From: Eledone cirrhosa
Lineage: Eukaryota
Direction of reading: 5' to 3'
DNA length: 64,000 nt
NCBI GenBank assembly: GCA_964016885.1
Contig: OZ024742.1
Coordinates: 65,224,001-65,288,000 of the forward strand
This document shows, piece by piece, positions 45,045-56,192 of this stretch. The translations under genes were made by a program, and so were the position numbers. Position 1 is the stretch's first letter; every line of letters starts with the position of its first letter. The notes beneath the pieces are model-generated. The model made no database searches and was not told the DNA's origin. It worked only from the letters and a program-made list of their open reading frames with translations.

Positions 45045-48000
45045 TTACAGATATATACTCAGAGTCGGCCCATTCACTCGGGCCATTCTTGCTTCTCTCA
45101 CCCATCTTTCAACAAAATGCTGGGAAGAGAGCACTTCCCTCTCTACTCTGATTTTCCTTTTCAAATGAAATTTGAAAAAGTCAATCAGAGCATCACCGAA
45201 GAGGTAAGTGCTCGTCTTCAGCCCTTTCAAACGTGTCCACCATACTATCTCTTTCGCCATGGCCACCAGACAGATAAAAACTGCCTGCCCTTCCCGGCTA
45301 AAGGAGGAGGGCGGGGCAATCCTCACGATAGACTCAGATGATAGCTGGATCCGTCCTAAACGCGACAGCATGTGTTCGACATAAACCCACAAGTCAGCAA
45401 TTTTCGGACACTGGACGAGTGCGTGCAGGACGGTTTCGTCGCCCTGCGCGCATCTCGGACATGCCCGGCTGACGGCACCTCCATGCCTGTAGAGTTTATC
45501 CCGAACTGGCAAGGCTCCTCGGTAGCACTGCCAGGCCAGAGATTTCTGGAAGTTGTCCATAGGCCCTGGCCCGAAAGTTCTTCCGAAGAGATTGGCTAGT
45601 TGATTTTCGTCGACGCCTAGAGTTTCCCCAAGTACGTCGTCGCTCTTCCCCTCCACTAATCCTCTATAGAACGCCGAGGTGGAGTTTCCACCGATCACAT
45701 TGCCCGATTGGTCGAGGGCTGTGAGCGCCTGAAGACATTCCAGTCTCCAGGCGCTCCCTCTCGGTCTTCGCTTGACCCAGGACTGCAGCTCCGTCAAGGA
45801 AACGAGCTGGGGAAAAACGCGTCTAGCAAACGGGGACCACACCTGATCACCGTCGAGGAAGAGGTGGAGATGTCGTAGCCTGAGCGCGTGCCTGCGCATC
45901 ATCAGCCACGGCATGCCCAGCCCTCCACGTAGCGGGTGTTGACAACAGATGGACCGCCTGACCATCGGAGCACGTCCCTTCCACAAAAAGCGAAAGAGCA
46001 AACGCTCCAGCGCAGTCAGGCGAGGCTTAGGACAAGGTACGACGGTTAGGCGGTAGCAGATGACAGACGCGATGTACGCGTTAGCCACCTCCGCTCGACC
46101 TTTCAGGGATAGCTTCCTCTCCGCCCATTTCTGGGTGAGAGAAGCCACCCTGCTCGTCACCTCGTCCCAGTTTTTGTCCGTCTGGAGGTCCGGACCGAAC
46201 CAGACCCCTAGCAATTTAACCGGTCCGTCCGTCCAGCGCCCGACGACGCTGTTGGACGGCATGGACCTGCCTCTCCAGGTGCCGAGCTGCAGGCCCACTG
46301 ACTTTTCCTGGTTGATCATTGCTCCTGTCACCGCTTCGTATTCTCTTAGTGTAGTGCCGATCGCCTCGATGTGTTTGGCGTTCGACACCACTACGGTGAC
46401 ATCGTCCGCATATGCTGACACGGATCTTCCGCATCCTAGTTCGCGCGGGACTCCCCTCAACGTCTCCAGTTTGTGCAGTAATGGCTCGAGCGTCAATACG
46501 TACAAGAGGGACGAGAGGGGACATCCTTGGCGGACCGAGCGCATGATGTTGAACGGTTCCGACAGGTGACCGTTCACTCTCACCACAGAGCAGATGTCGC
46601 TGTGCATGGCAGCGATCCAGCCTCTGAAGACGGGCCCAAAGCCAGCCGCCCTCAGGACTGCCGCTAGGTAACGATGGTCGACCCTATCGAAAGCTTTCGA
46701 CTGATCTAAATTGATCAAGGACCCACCCGTGCCAGGTTCCCTAGCTACCCTCTCTACGATGTATCGCATGAGGTGGAGGTTGTCGTGGATGGATCTGTCG
46801 GGAATGGCGCATGTCTGCGCCTCTCCCACCAGACCACCAACGACAAGCGCCAACCTCTTTGCTAGCACCTTGGCCAAAATCTTAAACTCTGTGTTTAGCA
46901 GAGTTATGGGCCGGAAATTGTCTATGTTATCCCCCTTGTTCGGATCCTTTCTCAGCAGTGCCACCGCTCCTCGGCTCACAGAACTGGGAATTCTCCCGTT
47001 CTGTTGCCAGTTGCAGTAGACGTCCGCCAAGAGGCCTCCGAACAAGTCTGGCATCTGTACGTAAAGTTCATAGGGCAGACCATCCAAACCAGGCGATTTA
47101 CCCCTTGTGCAGCCAGTCATTGCCTCCCGTACTTCAGCGGCTGTTATCGGCTTTTCGCAACACCTCGCCTCAGTGGCCGAGAGCCGCGGCAGTCCGTCGA
47201 GGTAGACACTAAAGTCCATCCCTCTACCCGGCCCCCCGCTGCCCCCGAACAGCTGAGCGAAGTGTCGCTGAAAAGCTTCACACATTTGCCCGGGATCGAG
47301 TAGCATGCGCCCGTCGTGGTCCACCAAAGACCGGATCGTGGCTTTGTTGCCACGACGCGCCTCCGCCACTCGGGCCCATTGAACGGCTTTCGTCCCCTCG
47401 TGTCTGAGAGCACGCACCCTAGCTCTGACAACGCAGCCTTCGTGCTTTGCATTGAAGAATTGGTCAAGGGCCAATTTCGCCGCAAGCACGTCGGTCGCAA
47501 TGCCTTTGCTAAGCGCCTCGTCTAATTTTCTAACTAGTTCTCCCTCTGCTCTATTTTTCTCTATTGCTAAAGCCTTACTAAACCTAATCGATTCTATTCT
47601 AATCGCTCTTTTCAGAGCAAACCACCACTTGTTGTTGACGATGGCCCCCGTCAACGCCCGCTTAACTAGTTCGCTAATCCGGTCTCTGTAGGCCTTGCGC
47701 GCTGGTAAGGACGCGTTTAGCTTCCAGTAGCCGGGTCCTCGTCTATGAAGCCTATCTAAGTCAAGCACACAGGTCACGAATTTGTGGTCCGTGTAGCTGA
47801 CTATCTTGAATTGTGGACAGCCTATGCTAGACCTATCTATTTCCCTACAAAATACTCTATCTAGATATGATCTGGATGACCCTATGCGGTTTGTCCAAGT
47901 CCACATTGGCACATTCGGGAAATCCAATCGGTACCTGTCAGACAGTTCAAAACGCCTGAGCAGGTTGGTGAGGCTCTTGCACCCTCCACCCCTATCCGCT

Positions 48001-48464
48001 AATCCCACACAGTCCCAGCGTGCATCTAAGATCCCGTTCCAGTCGCCCACTAACACTAAAGAGCGGGACGTTCCAAGAAAGGTCTCCAGACGCCGGAAGA
48101 AATCAGGCCGCCCTGCTCCTGTCGGGGCATAGACGGCCACTAGCCTGAAAGCTTGCCCGTCTCCGCTGGTCACGTCCAGCACCACCAGCTTACCCTCTGG
48201 GTCCAGGAAGATGGCCCGTATGGCGAGATCCAAACCTCTCCGAGAAAGCACAGCAACTCCTCCACCCGATCCAGGACGGCTGGGAGATGCGTACACATCG
48301 TAGCCGCCGAAGATCGGTGCGAAGGCCCGTGCTTCGGAGATTCTGGTCTCACTGATGGCCACTACATCTATGTTTAGTGACCTGAGGTTGTTGAGCAGGT
48401 GACCCTGCTTCCATGACGACCCCAAGCCACGCGCATTTATGCTGCCTATTCTGAGTGAGGTCAT
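45045..48464 (-). CDS. ORF2 polyprotein: APE endonuclease, reverse transcriptase, C-terminal zinc finger (1139 aa)
   Basis: APE motifs SINARGL, ISET, VYAP, GDWN, YLDRVF, TDH; RT motifs KSPGLDG, NFRPITLLN, LDQSKAFDRV, VRQGCPLS, YADD, LLGV; CPRC..ETVLHAL.QC. Confidence 0.96.
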   Translation of the reverse strand: MTSLRIGSINARGLGSSWKQGHLLNNLRSLNIDVVAISETRISEARAFAPIFGGYDVYASPSRPGSGGGVAVLSRRGLDLAIRAIFLDPEGKLVVLDVTSGDGQAFRLVAVYAPTGAGRPDFFRRLETFLGTSRSLVLVGDWNGILDARWDCVGLADRGGGCKSLTNLLRRFELSDRYRLDFPNVPMWTWTNRIGSSRSYLDRVFCREIDRSSIGCPQFKIVSYTDHKFVTCVLDLDRLHRRGPGYWKLNASLPARKAYRDRISELVKRALTGAIVNNKWWFALKRAIRIESIRFSKALAIEKNRAEGELVRKLDEALSKGIATDVLAAKLALDQFFNAKHEGCVVRARVRALRHEGTKAVQWARVAEARRGNKATIRSLVDHDGRMLLDPGQMCEAFQRHFAQLFGGSGGPGRGMDFSVYLDGLPRLSATEARCCEKPITAAEVREAMTGCTRGKSPGLDGLPYELYVQMPDLFGGLLADVYCNWQQNGRIPSSVSRGAVALLRKDPNKGDNIDNFRPITLLNTEFKILAKVLAKRLALVVGGLVGEAQTCAIPDRSIHDNLHLMRYIVERVAREPGTGGSLINLDQSKAFDRVDHRYLAAVLRAAGFGPVFRGWIAAMHSDICSVVRVNGHLSEPFNIMRSVRQGCPLSSLLYVLTLEPLLHKLETLRGVPRELGCGRSVSAYADDVTVVVSNAKHIEAIGTTLREYEAVTGAMINQEKSVGLQLGTWRGRSMPSNSVVGRWTDGPVKLLGVWFGPDLQTDKNWDEVTSRVASLTQKWAERKLSLKGRAEVANAYIASVICYRLTVVPCPKPRLTALERLLFRFLWKGRAPMVRRSICCQHPLRGGLGMPWLMMRRHALRLRHLHLFLDGDQVWSPFARRVFPQLVSLTELQSWVKRRPRGSAWRLECLQALTALDQSGNVIGGNSTSAFYRGLVEGKSDDVLGETLGVDENQLANLFGRTFGPGPMDNFQKSLAWQCYRGALPVRDKLYRHGGAVSRACPRCAQGDETVLHALVQCPKIADLWVYVEHMLSRLGRIQLSSESIVRIAPPSSFSREGQAVFICLVAMAKEIVWWTRLKGLKTSTYLFGDALIDFFKFHLKRKIRVEREVLSSQHFVERWVREARMARVNGPTLSIYL

Positions 48465-48499
48465 GTTTAAAATAGAGTGGAAAAGATGGGAAAGACCAC

Positions 48500-50596
48500 T
48501 TACCGTACTTTTGGTAGAGGAGGGATGGTTTTTACATCCCTTTTCACTTGATCGTCTGGTGAAGGGACCGTTGAATCGTCCCTTCGGCTGGTCGTCGGCT
48601 CTTCTAAGAGAATGTCTGAATATACTCTTCGATTGATGGTTCCTCCTAGGTCCCTGAAATCACCAACTGCGTTGGGGAATTTCGTTTTAATGTTTGTGTA
48701 TTGTTTCTGTGCTATTTTTAGCAGTCTTATGTTAGTTGGCGTTTTGATTGGTGCTGGTATTATGTAGTCCTGTTGTGAAATGTCTGTGTGTTCAATTATG
48801 TAAGTCATTAGTTTCTTGTTGTGTGTGTTTATTGCCGTGCATTTGTTTTTCTGGGGGTGGGGTGTGGTTCTGCTATTTTCTTGTCGTTGTTGCTGGGTGT
48901 GTGTGTTTTGTTGTTGTGTTTGCGATGTTGGTGCTTGTGGTGGTGGTGTTGAAGGTGTTGTTGGCGGTGGGGTTGTCGCCGGTGGTGATGGTGGCGCTAG
49001 TGTGGGTGGTGATGGTGTTGGTGTTGTTGCTGCTGTGGGTCTCTTTGCAGTAGACTTTACCCTTTTCTCATTTCTTTCCTCCCTTTTCAAAGGCGACGAT
49101 GCGCTGCTTCTGCGTTTGTGCCTTCTTACGACCTTTTGCCATCTCTCTCCCACCTCACACTCCATGTCTGATTCTGTGAGGTCGGGGAGGGGTACCAACT
49201 CCACTCTTTCACTTGTTGTTGTTGGTGATGTTTGCACTGGAGTCTCTGTTGCAGCTGCATTTGGTATTGCTGTTGTTGTTGTTAGTATTTCCACTGCTGC
49301 TGCTGTTTTTGATTTCCGTGGAGTGGGTATGGGTGCCACGGGCCTATCGTTCCTGGTTGCCGCTTGTCCTGTTGCTGGTAGCCGTGGAGCCGGATTCGGA
49401 AGGAGGGGGGTTTTCTCCTTTCTCAGGGTCTTCTCGTTGCAGAAGGCCCTGAGGTGAGTCTTCGATCCACAGCGAAAGCATTTCGGGCGTTTGCCCTCAA
49501 CACTTATGGGCAGTTGAGTGCCGTTATCGAAGTCTATCACATCCGGGATAGCTTCGATGCACTCCTGGTTGGTTTGGATTAGCATCTCAATGGAGGAGCC
49601 GACCCAATCTTCTCTTACTTTTTTCTGTACTTGCAGTACAGTTGTTTTGTCCTCGATTCCGACGAGGACAGACGCGGCCAGCCAAGAAGGGGTCATTCCG
49701 GGGGGGACGTGGGTCAGTTTGACCCTCACAATTTTTTGCCCGCAGTAGGAGGGCACCAACACCATTTCCTCGCTCCTTAGGGTCACTACTGATTGGGCCT
49801 TTGCCTCCTGGGGTGTGGCAAAAAGTACGTCTACGGTGGCGTATTTTTTGCCTCGGGTGATGTGCGTTTTCCTCTGCCACACAGACCCCAAGGCTTTTTG
49901 TATTTGGGCCTCTGTGGCTCTTTCCACCCTACGGGATTTTGTACTTACTGTACGGTACGTGACCGTACAGTGCTCTTGGGTTTCGAAAAAATTTTTCGCT
50001 GCCTTGCAGATTGCTCGGTGTCCGTTCTTTGTCACCATCTTCTTCGCTTCCTCTAATTCCTCATTTGTTATGAGGATTGTTTCCAAGTTTTTCGCAATAC
50101 CTGCAAATGAGATTGGTTTTTCTCTGCTGTTGTTGTTGTCGTCAGAGCTGCTGGTACTTTTGTTGTTGCTGCAGGTACTACGACTACTGCCTCCGCCGCT
50201 GTTGCTGTGGTTGTTGTTGGTGTTGCTGCTGCTAATGCTGTTGTTGTTTATGCTGCTGGTGATGCTGTTGCGGCTGCTACTGTTGTTTTCATTGTCACTG
50301 TTGCTGTTGTTATTACGGCTGCTACTGCTATTATTCCTGACGTCAGACGAATGAACTGGGTTTTCGTATTTCCCGCACACCTGTTTCGTCGCTGTCGTCG
50401 TCGTCGTGGAGAAACCTTGCACGCTTTGCACGAGACTTTTCTTTTCTTTCGTCACTTGCGAAAGAGAAGGGAGGGAGAGAGACACATTTAAAGAAGGGAG
50501 GGAGAGAGACAATCTTCTCTCTGCTGTAGTGATGATTGAGGAAGAAGAAGACGGAATGAGTGGGAGTGACGTATGAAATTTCTTTTTCGTAGCCAT
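48500..50596 (-). CDS. ORF1 gag-like nucleic-acid-binding protein (698 aa)
   Basis: CCHC knuckle CFRCGSKTHLRAFC, basic WQKVVRRHKRR segment, N/S-rich and P/T-rich low-complexity regions; lies upstream of ORF2. Confidence 0.88.
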   Translation of the reverse strand: MATKKKFHTSLPLIPSSSSSIITTAERRLSLSLPSLNVSLSLPSLSQVTKEKKSLVQSVQGFSTTTTTATKQVCGKYENPVHSSDVRNNSSSSRNNNSNSDNENNSSSRNSITSSINNNSISSSNTNNNHSNSGGGSSRSTCSNNKSTSSSDDNNNSREKPISFAGIAKNLETILITNEELEEAKKMVTKNGHRAICKAAKNFFETQEHCTVTYRTVSTKSRRVERATEAQIQKALGSVWQRKTHITRGKKYATVDVLFATPQEAKAQSVVTLRSEEMVLVPSYCGQKIVRVKLTHVPPGMTPSWLAASVLVGIEDKTTVLQVQKKVREDWVGSSIEMLIQTNQECIEAIPDVIDFDNGTQLPISVEGKRPKCFRCGSKTHLRAFCNEKTLRKEKTPLLPNPAPRLPATGQAATRNDRPVAPIPTPRKSKTAAAVEILTTTTAIPNAAATETPVQTSPTTTSERVELVPLPDLTESDMECEVGERWQKVVRRHKRRSSASSPLKREERNEKRVKSTAKRPTAATTPTPSPPTLAPPSPPATTPPPTTPSTPPPQAPTSQTQQQNTHTQQQRQENSRTTPHPQKNKCTAINTHNKKLMTYIIEHTDISQQDYIIPAPIKTPTNIRLLKIAQKQYTNIKTKFPNAVGDFRDLGGTINRRVYSDILLEEPTTSRRDDSTVPSPDDQVKRDVKTIPPLPKVR

Positions 50597-50811
50597 GTTG
50601 TTTTTTGTTTAAAATGAAATTTTGGGTACAAAACCCCAATAACTGGTTATTTAACCCCGAAGGGCCAAATAACGGACAGAAAGACCCCTCTCACGAGGAG
50701 GAGGGTGTCTTTATCAACAATTTGGTTCAAGTTTTAAACAATTTACAATTGTTTTAACGGTTAAAAATTACTATACCTTACAGAGCCGAGCCTCCGTCAA
50801 CCATGGCATTC

Positions 50812-51255
50812 AATAATAATAATAATAATAATAATAATGATTTCTGATTTAGGCACAAGGCCCGCAATTTGGGGCAAGGGGAAAGTCGATTAAATCGACC
50901 CCAGTGAGTAACTGGTACTTTATTTTATTTATCGACCTCGTGAGGATGAAAGGCAAAGCTAAACTCAGAACGTAAATGGCTGTAACTATACGCCACCAAG
51001 CATGTTGTCCGATGCTCTACCGAGACTGTCAATCTGCCGCCCTTACTCATAAATGGTTTCTAATATAGGCACAGGTCAATAATTTTTGGTAAGGGGAAAG
51101 TCCTTTAAATCTACCCCAGTGCATCACTGCTACTTTATTTTGTGAAAGGCAAAATTGATATCAGCGGGATTGGTGGGGTTTTAAACCAGAAGGTAAAGAG
51201 CTGTAAGTAAATGCCGCGTTGCATTGTGTCAGACGTCCTGATGTTTCTGTCAGCA
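50812..51255 (-). mobile_element. Two tandem SINE family A copies; the (ATT)9 tail of the first abuts the LINE 5' end
   Basis: Copies at ~50812-51045 and ~51055-51255. Confidence 0.85.
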
Positions 51256-52418
51256 GGTGCATGGTGAGTTAGTATGGTCGACATAAACCCTTCGTTTACA
51301 ATAGAAATAACAAGAATACTGACAACACAACATTGACAACAATATAATTATAATAACTATGCCATAGCCACCGCCACTGCCACCACCCAGTACTTGCATT
51401 TTAGGGTGGTGTCAGTATGACATATTTGAATAGTGATATATAAGAGCTCAGAATAGGATTGTTACACCTTTAGTCGGTGGTCAGGTGTGGTGTAGTATAG
51501 CATGATAAGATACGGAATGATATGGGGTTGGACGGTATGGTATAGCGCTGGACGGTATGGTATGGCGTTGGACGGTATGGTATGTGGGGGTGCTGTGTTG
51601 TTGTTGCTACTTAGCCCCAAGGTTAATTCTGATTGAGCAGACGTATGATTAAAGACATTTCAGCCTTGATTTTCGTGTATTTTTTTCTGTGCAGAGATTT
51701 CACCACATTATCCAACGTATGATGTGAGGGAGATTTGGCTATTATTTCTAGCAGGACGAATGGCCACGTAGCAGCTCCTTCGTTGGCTCTCGTTATAGGT
51801 AGTAGAGGCGGAGTAGTGGAATATAAAGTGAGTGATGTGGTGTAGCGTATTGAGTTGAATAAGGTGTGTATAGAAAGTGGAGTTGTGTATGGAGTGAAAT
51901 TGGAGAAGAGATAATAATGTGGGTGGTGTTGTGTGCTACGGTGTATAAAGAAGAAAGAGTGTGGTGTTTATAGAGCATGTTTATTTTATTGTGTAAACAC
52001 AACAAAAACTACTACGACTACTAAAACAACCACAAACACCACCACCAATACTACCACCTCTATTGCCATTACTATTTTCATTACCTGCCGACTCTATCGT
52101 TCAAATAGTGTTCCAGTTGTGACCATCCAATCTTTTTCTTGATAATATATATTGAATACTGAGGTTTTCAATATATTTTGTCATATTAAAAAAAAAAATA
52201 TAGAGTGTAGTTTAAGAGTAATTGGGCTATTCATTCCAGTAAGTCAAGATACTTTGCAGAGGATCTTTTCATTCCTTGTTCAGATATATGGCACGCTGAC
52301 GAAGTGCAAACTGAAACGTAGACATAACCGCAAAATCTCTCAAATCATACCCGAGTATCTTGGAAAAGCAGGGATACATTGTACAAGGCTATCACTGATA
52401 TACAAAAGCAGGTGCTGG

Positions 52419-52591
52419 CAGACCTACCAACCTCTAAAAACCCAAACGGGGAGTACCATGATAAAAAGGGTCCCAAAACGGGGAGAAATGAGTCAAAAAT
52501 GGGGAGATTTTACATAATGAAAGCTATACCCATTTTCACAAGAGAAGACATCTCTCACCTACCTCAAAGTGGGTGAGAGTTGATAGGTCTG
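52419..52591. mobile_element. Probable hAT MITE
   Basis: TIRs cagacctaccaac / gttgataggtctg; imperfect TSD gtg(c/t)tgg. Confidence 0.55.
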
Positions 52592-53959
52592 TGTTGGTAA
52601 CAATTTCAATGCTATTAATTACAGGTATGCTCAATCGGGGCTAACCTTAGTGTAAACAACAAGAGCTTACAAGGAAAACAGAGTGGACGCTCAAATATTC
52701 ATAAGTCACATCTACTGTTTTGAAAAATGGATAATGTAAGGTTAGACACCCCACAAAAGATAGAATGGCTATGCTTAGAATGCCCTTGATCAGAGTGACG
52801 TTAGGGGTGAACCACAACGACCACCACCACCACACACAGAGAGCTGATCTTGGGTTAAAAACCATCATAAATAATATACAGATTACATTATACAGTAAAC
52901 CATTGCGTATCGGAATTCCTCCTGTAGTTATAAACTAGACAGGAAGTATATAGTAAGTATATCTATTATTTTTTGCTGTGGGTCACATCTAGACGTTGAA
53001 CAGACTACTCGGGTGTAATAGGTCTGCTGGATCAAGACTGATCTAGGGCTACACAGCAACAGGAACAACAATAACAGAAACAAAAACTACTCTTCAATTA
53101 AAATCAATACGAAGTCGATAAACTGAAAAAAGTAGAGAAGGAAAATCAAATGAAACCTGAAAAGAAAAATGATTTCAAATAATATGTATGTGTGTATGTA
53201 TGTGTGTATGTGTGTATGTATGTCTATGTCTCTGAGTATGAATGTGTGTATATGTATGTATGCGCGTGTCTGTAAATGTACGCACAGATGTCACCATCAC
53301 CACCACCACCACCACCAACACCACCACCTCAACAACGTTCCACCACTCAATAAATGTCATTTCGACTAAACATCGATATGTCAATCAAATAGAACAAGAA
53401 GCAACAAAAAGGAGTTTCATAAAAGTGTCACCCAATAAAGAATGACTAACAACATTATTAATGTTTTCAGTTAGATGGTGGCAATGATGGGAGGAGGGTG
53501 AATGAGTAGCAGCCGACAATTTGAACATTTGGCGCGTTAACACTAAAATATACAATAATTTTTGGATGAATCTTCATGTTAAGTTGTGGACAGGGCTGTA
53601 TTATTCATAAGGTTGACTTGAGACCCTGCAGGGACAAGAGGTCTGTCAAATTTTTAAGCTAAGGCAACTGTTACCTGCACCCTAGCAATATGTTTTTGTG
53701 TGACCTCATCGCGAAAAGAACTTTAAGATTGACAATACTTTATCAATATATAATAATCAGTAAAGGTCTTTTCACTGTATATTATTAATTGTTGTATTAA
53801 TTAAATATACTGTCCGCCGTTTTGTAATAAGAAGTCCTCCTGCACACCTACTATCAGGAACCCGCCTGGAGTTCTCTTTTCAGACAGGTACTTTTCTGAT
53901 TTCCCAAACCTAACCACAACAGCATCTGGGAGCAATGACTAATATCTTGGAGGCTGAGG

Positions 53960-54290
53960 TCACAAGAGCAAAAATGGCAAGGCCGCTGGGGAAGATGAAA
54001 TTCAGTTCGAGATGTTAAAAGCCTTAAATAAAGAAGGCATTCTCTGGCTAACCCATGTGTGCCGAGTGGCCCGAATCTCTGGAAAGACACCTAAGCAATG
54101 GCAATCAGGAGTGATAATCTCATATTTAAAAAAGGGAGACAAGAGAAATTGCTCCAATTATAGAGGGATCTTCTTGTTAAGCATCCTCGATAAAGATTAT
54201 GCTAAGTGTCAGGCAAAAAGATATAGGGAGATTGTCGAGCCCAAGCTAGCTGATGAACAGTGTGGTGTTCGCCCTGGGCGCGGCACCGCC
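53960..54290 (+). mobile_element. RTE LINE reverse transcriptase N-terminal fragment
   Basis: AAGEDEI..EMLKAL...PKQWQSGVII...KKGDKRNCSNYRGI.LLS...EQCG.RPGRGT. Confidence 0.85.
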
Positions 54291-54371
54291 CAAGTGTAAA
54301 ACTAATATATTTCTTCATTGTACTGTGTCGTTTGCTTTGTTATTTCTCTTTGCCTTTTGCATACATACATT

Positions 54372-54425
<54 letters not shown>

Positions 54426-54459
54426 AGATTTGAATGGATACAGTTTAGTTGAAAGGAAT

Positions 54460-54579
54460 TTATTGACACGTGTTTCTATAACAGTTACATAACCTAAAAC
54501 AGCTGCTATCTACAAACTTTTAGTTATGCAGACATTCAATATTTCAATGTTATTATTTACTGTCATTTCATCAGAATAA
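54460..54579 (-). ncRNA. Type I hammerhead with ~91-nt branched stem II
   Basis: Minus strand: ttatt-CTGATGA-aATGACAGT...ACTGTTATa-GAAAC-ACGT-GTC-aataa; palindromic stem III. Confidence 0.7.
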
Positions 54580-54850
54580 TATTACTGAGGACCTATTTAG
54601 TTTTTATAGAGAATATTAGGAGGGAGGGGTGAAGTTGTTAGAAGAATAGTTGAAGGAGTGGTTTTTCGATAGCAGTGAGAATTCTTGGTGGCAGTGAGTA
54701 ATTAGATTCCCATCTGTTGTTTTGACATTTTTTATAGAATATATTATTGGTTATTTTTCTAAATCTATAGAAGGATTAGAGATAGTAAAGATATGCGTGG
54801 TTGGTTTTGTGTTTGCACTTAATTAACATTCAGACTTAAATTTTTCTTTC
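54580..54850 (-). mobile_element. Possible Penelope-like element 3' end upstream of the hammerhead
   Basis: Minus-strand ..MLIKCKH.. resembles the PLE terminal 'ELISKCRH' motif; orientation agrees with the ribozyme. Confidence 0.4.
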
Positions 54851-55135
54851 AAGTGTACGTATCCTTTCACCCACGCATTCACAAACAAATATATTTGCAC
54901 ACCTCTACAAAATACATATATTCACAATTCACATATTCATACTTACATATATATACACATGCATACACATATATATACACACATGTATTCATGTACATAC
55001 ATACGCGCTCATGTGTATACATTTTCATACTCAACTTATCTTTATATACACACGTATAGACACACACATATATACATACATACATACTCTAGTCCATGTG
55101 TACACACATACACATACATACACATCCATATACAC

Positions 55136-55176
<41 letters not shown>

Positions 55177-55280
55177 CACTTTAATACATGAATACACTTA
55201 CATCTAACTATACACATCAAACATATATATATATTTACTTATTTATATACATTTTCACATATATATACATACTTATGGAC

Positions 55281-55322
<42 letters not shown>

Positions 55323-56009
55323 TTACACATATACAATATAAATATATATTTATAACGGTAGTAGTTTTACACCGACCAACAGGTAGTTTAATCTTAGGTA
55401 GGTATTTATTTACAGCTAATCTAAACCAACCAGATATCTAGCAAACATTTAAATTTACTGATATTTTCTATTTTTAAACAAACACATTTCACTATTATTT
55501 GTGTACGTTTAGCCGCTCTTCTCTTTGTTTCTTTCTTACCACCCGCCCGTGACAGCTGCTGCCTATGCTTTCACCACTACTCTTTCAGCTTGCTCTAACC
55601 TAAGTCCCATCCTTCACCACCACTTCTTTTATCTCGCTTTTCTCTAATAACCTCTTCTTTTCCACTCACTCACTCATAACCGACTCACCTACCCAACCCA
55701 CCACCACTATCACAAAACGCCTCTTAACACATCCTCTCTACCTCCTCCCCCCCCATATTGTTCCTTCTATCACTTTATTTTTCCTATGTCTCAAGGTACC
55801 CTTCTTTATATAATCACTTGTATCTCTATCTATTTATATCGACCCTGATTAACATTCGCCCCTTTCCCTTGTCATTTCCATCGTACTTCTAACAACCAAC
55901 TTCTTCCTCCATCTCTCTCCCTGCTTTATAAACTGGAGATTTCTACCAATAGACGATTCCATAGTACGACCAGTCCACTATACCGAAGAAGTATGTTGTT
56001 AACACAGCA

Positions 56010-56192
56010 TTGCAGTATCGGTAGAGAGTCAGACACCATGCTTAGCAGCAAAGAGTTACGGCCCTTTATGATCTGAGTTCAAATCCCGCCGAGGTTAACT
56101 TTGCCTTTCATCCTTACGGGGTCGATAAAATAAAGTACCAGTAATGTACTGAAATAATTGCTGGCCTTGTGCCAAAAGTAGGAACAATTATT
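56010..56192 (+). mobile_element. SINE family A
   Basis: A-box remnant, B box, core and tail. Confidence 0.88.

Larger units (their letters stand above)
44776..50811 (-). mobile_element. Full-length Tx1/L1-clade non-LTR retrotransposon
   Basis: ~215-nt 5' UTR, two uninterrupted ORFs 35 bp apart, ~255-nt 3' UTR ending AATAAA-gaaatcattatta; flanked by (AAT)n on both sides. Confidence 0.92.

Noticed and set aside
45372-50491. Multiple plus-strand and alternate-frame ORFs overlapping the LINE
   Set aside because: Shadow ORFs of GC-rich or low-complexity coding sequence with no motifs.
54247-54275. CTGATGA motif
   Set aside because: Lies in RTE RT coding sequence (A-D-E) with no GAAA or stems.
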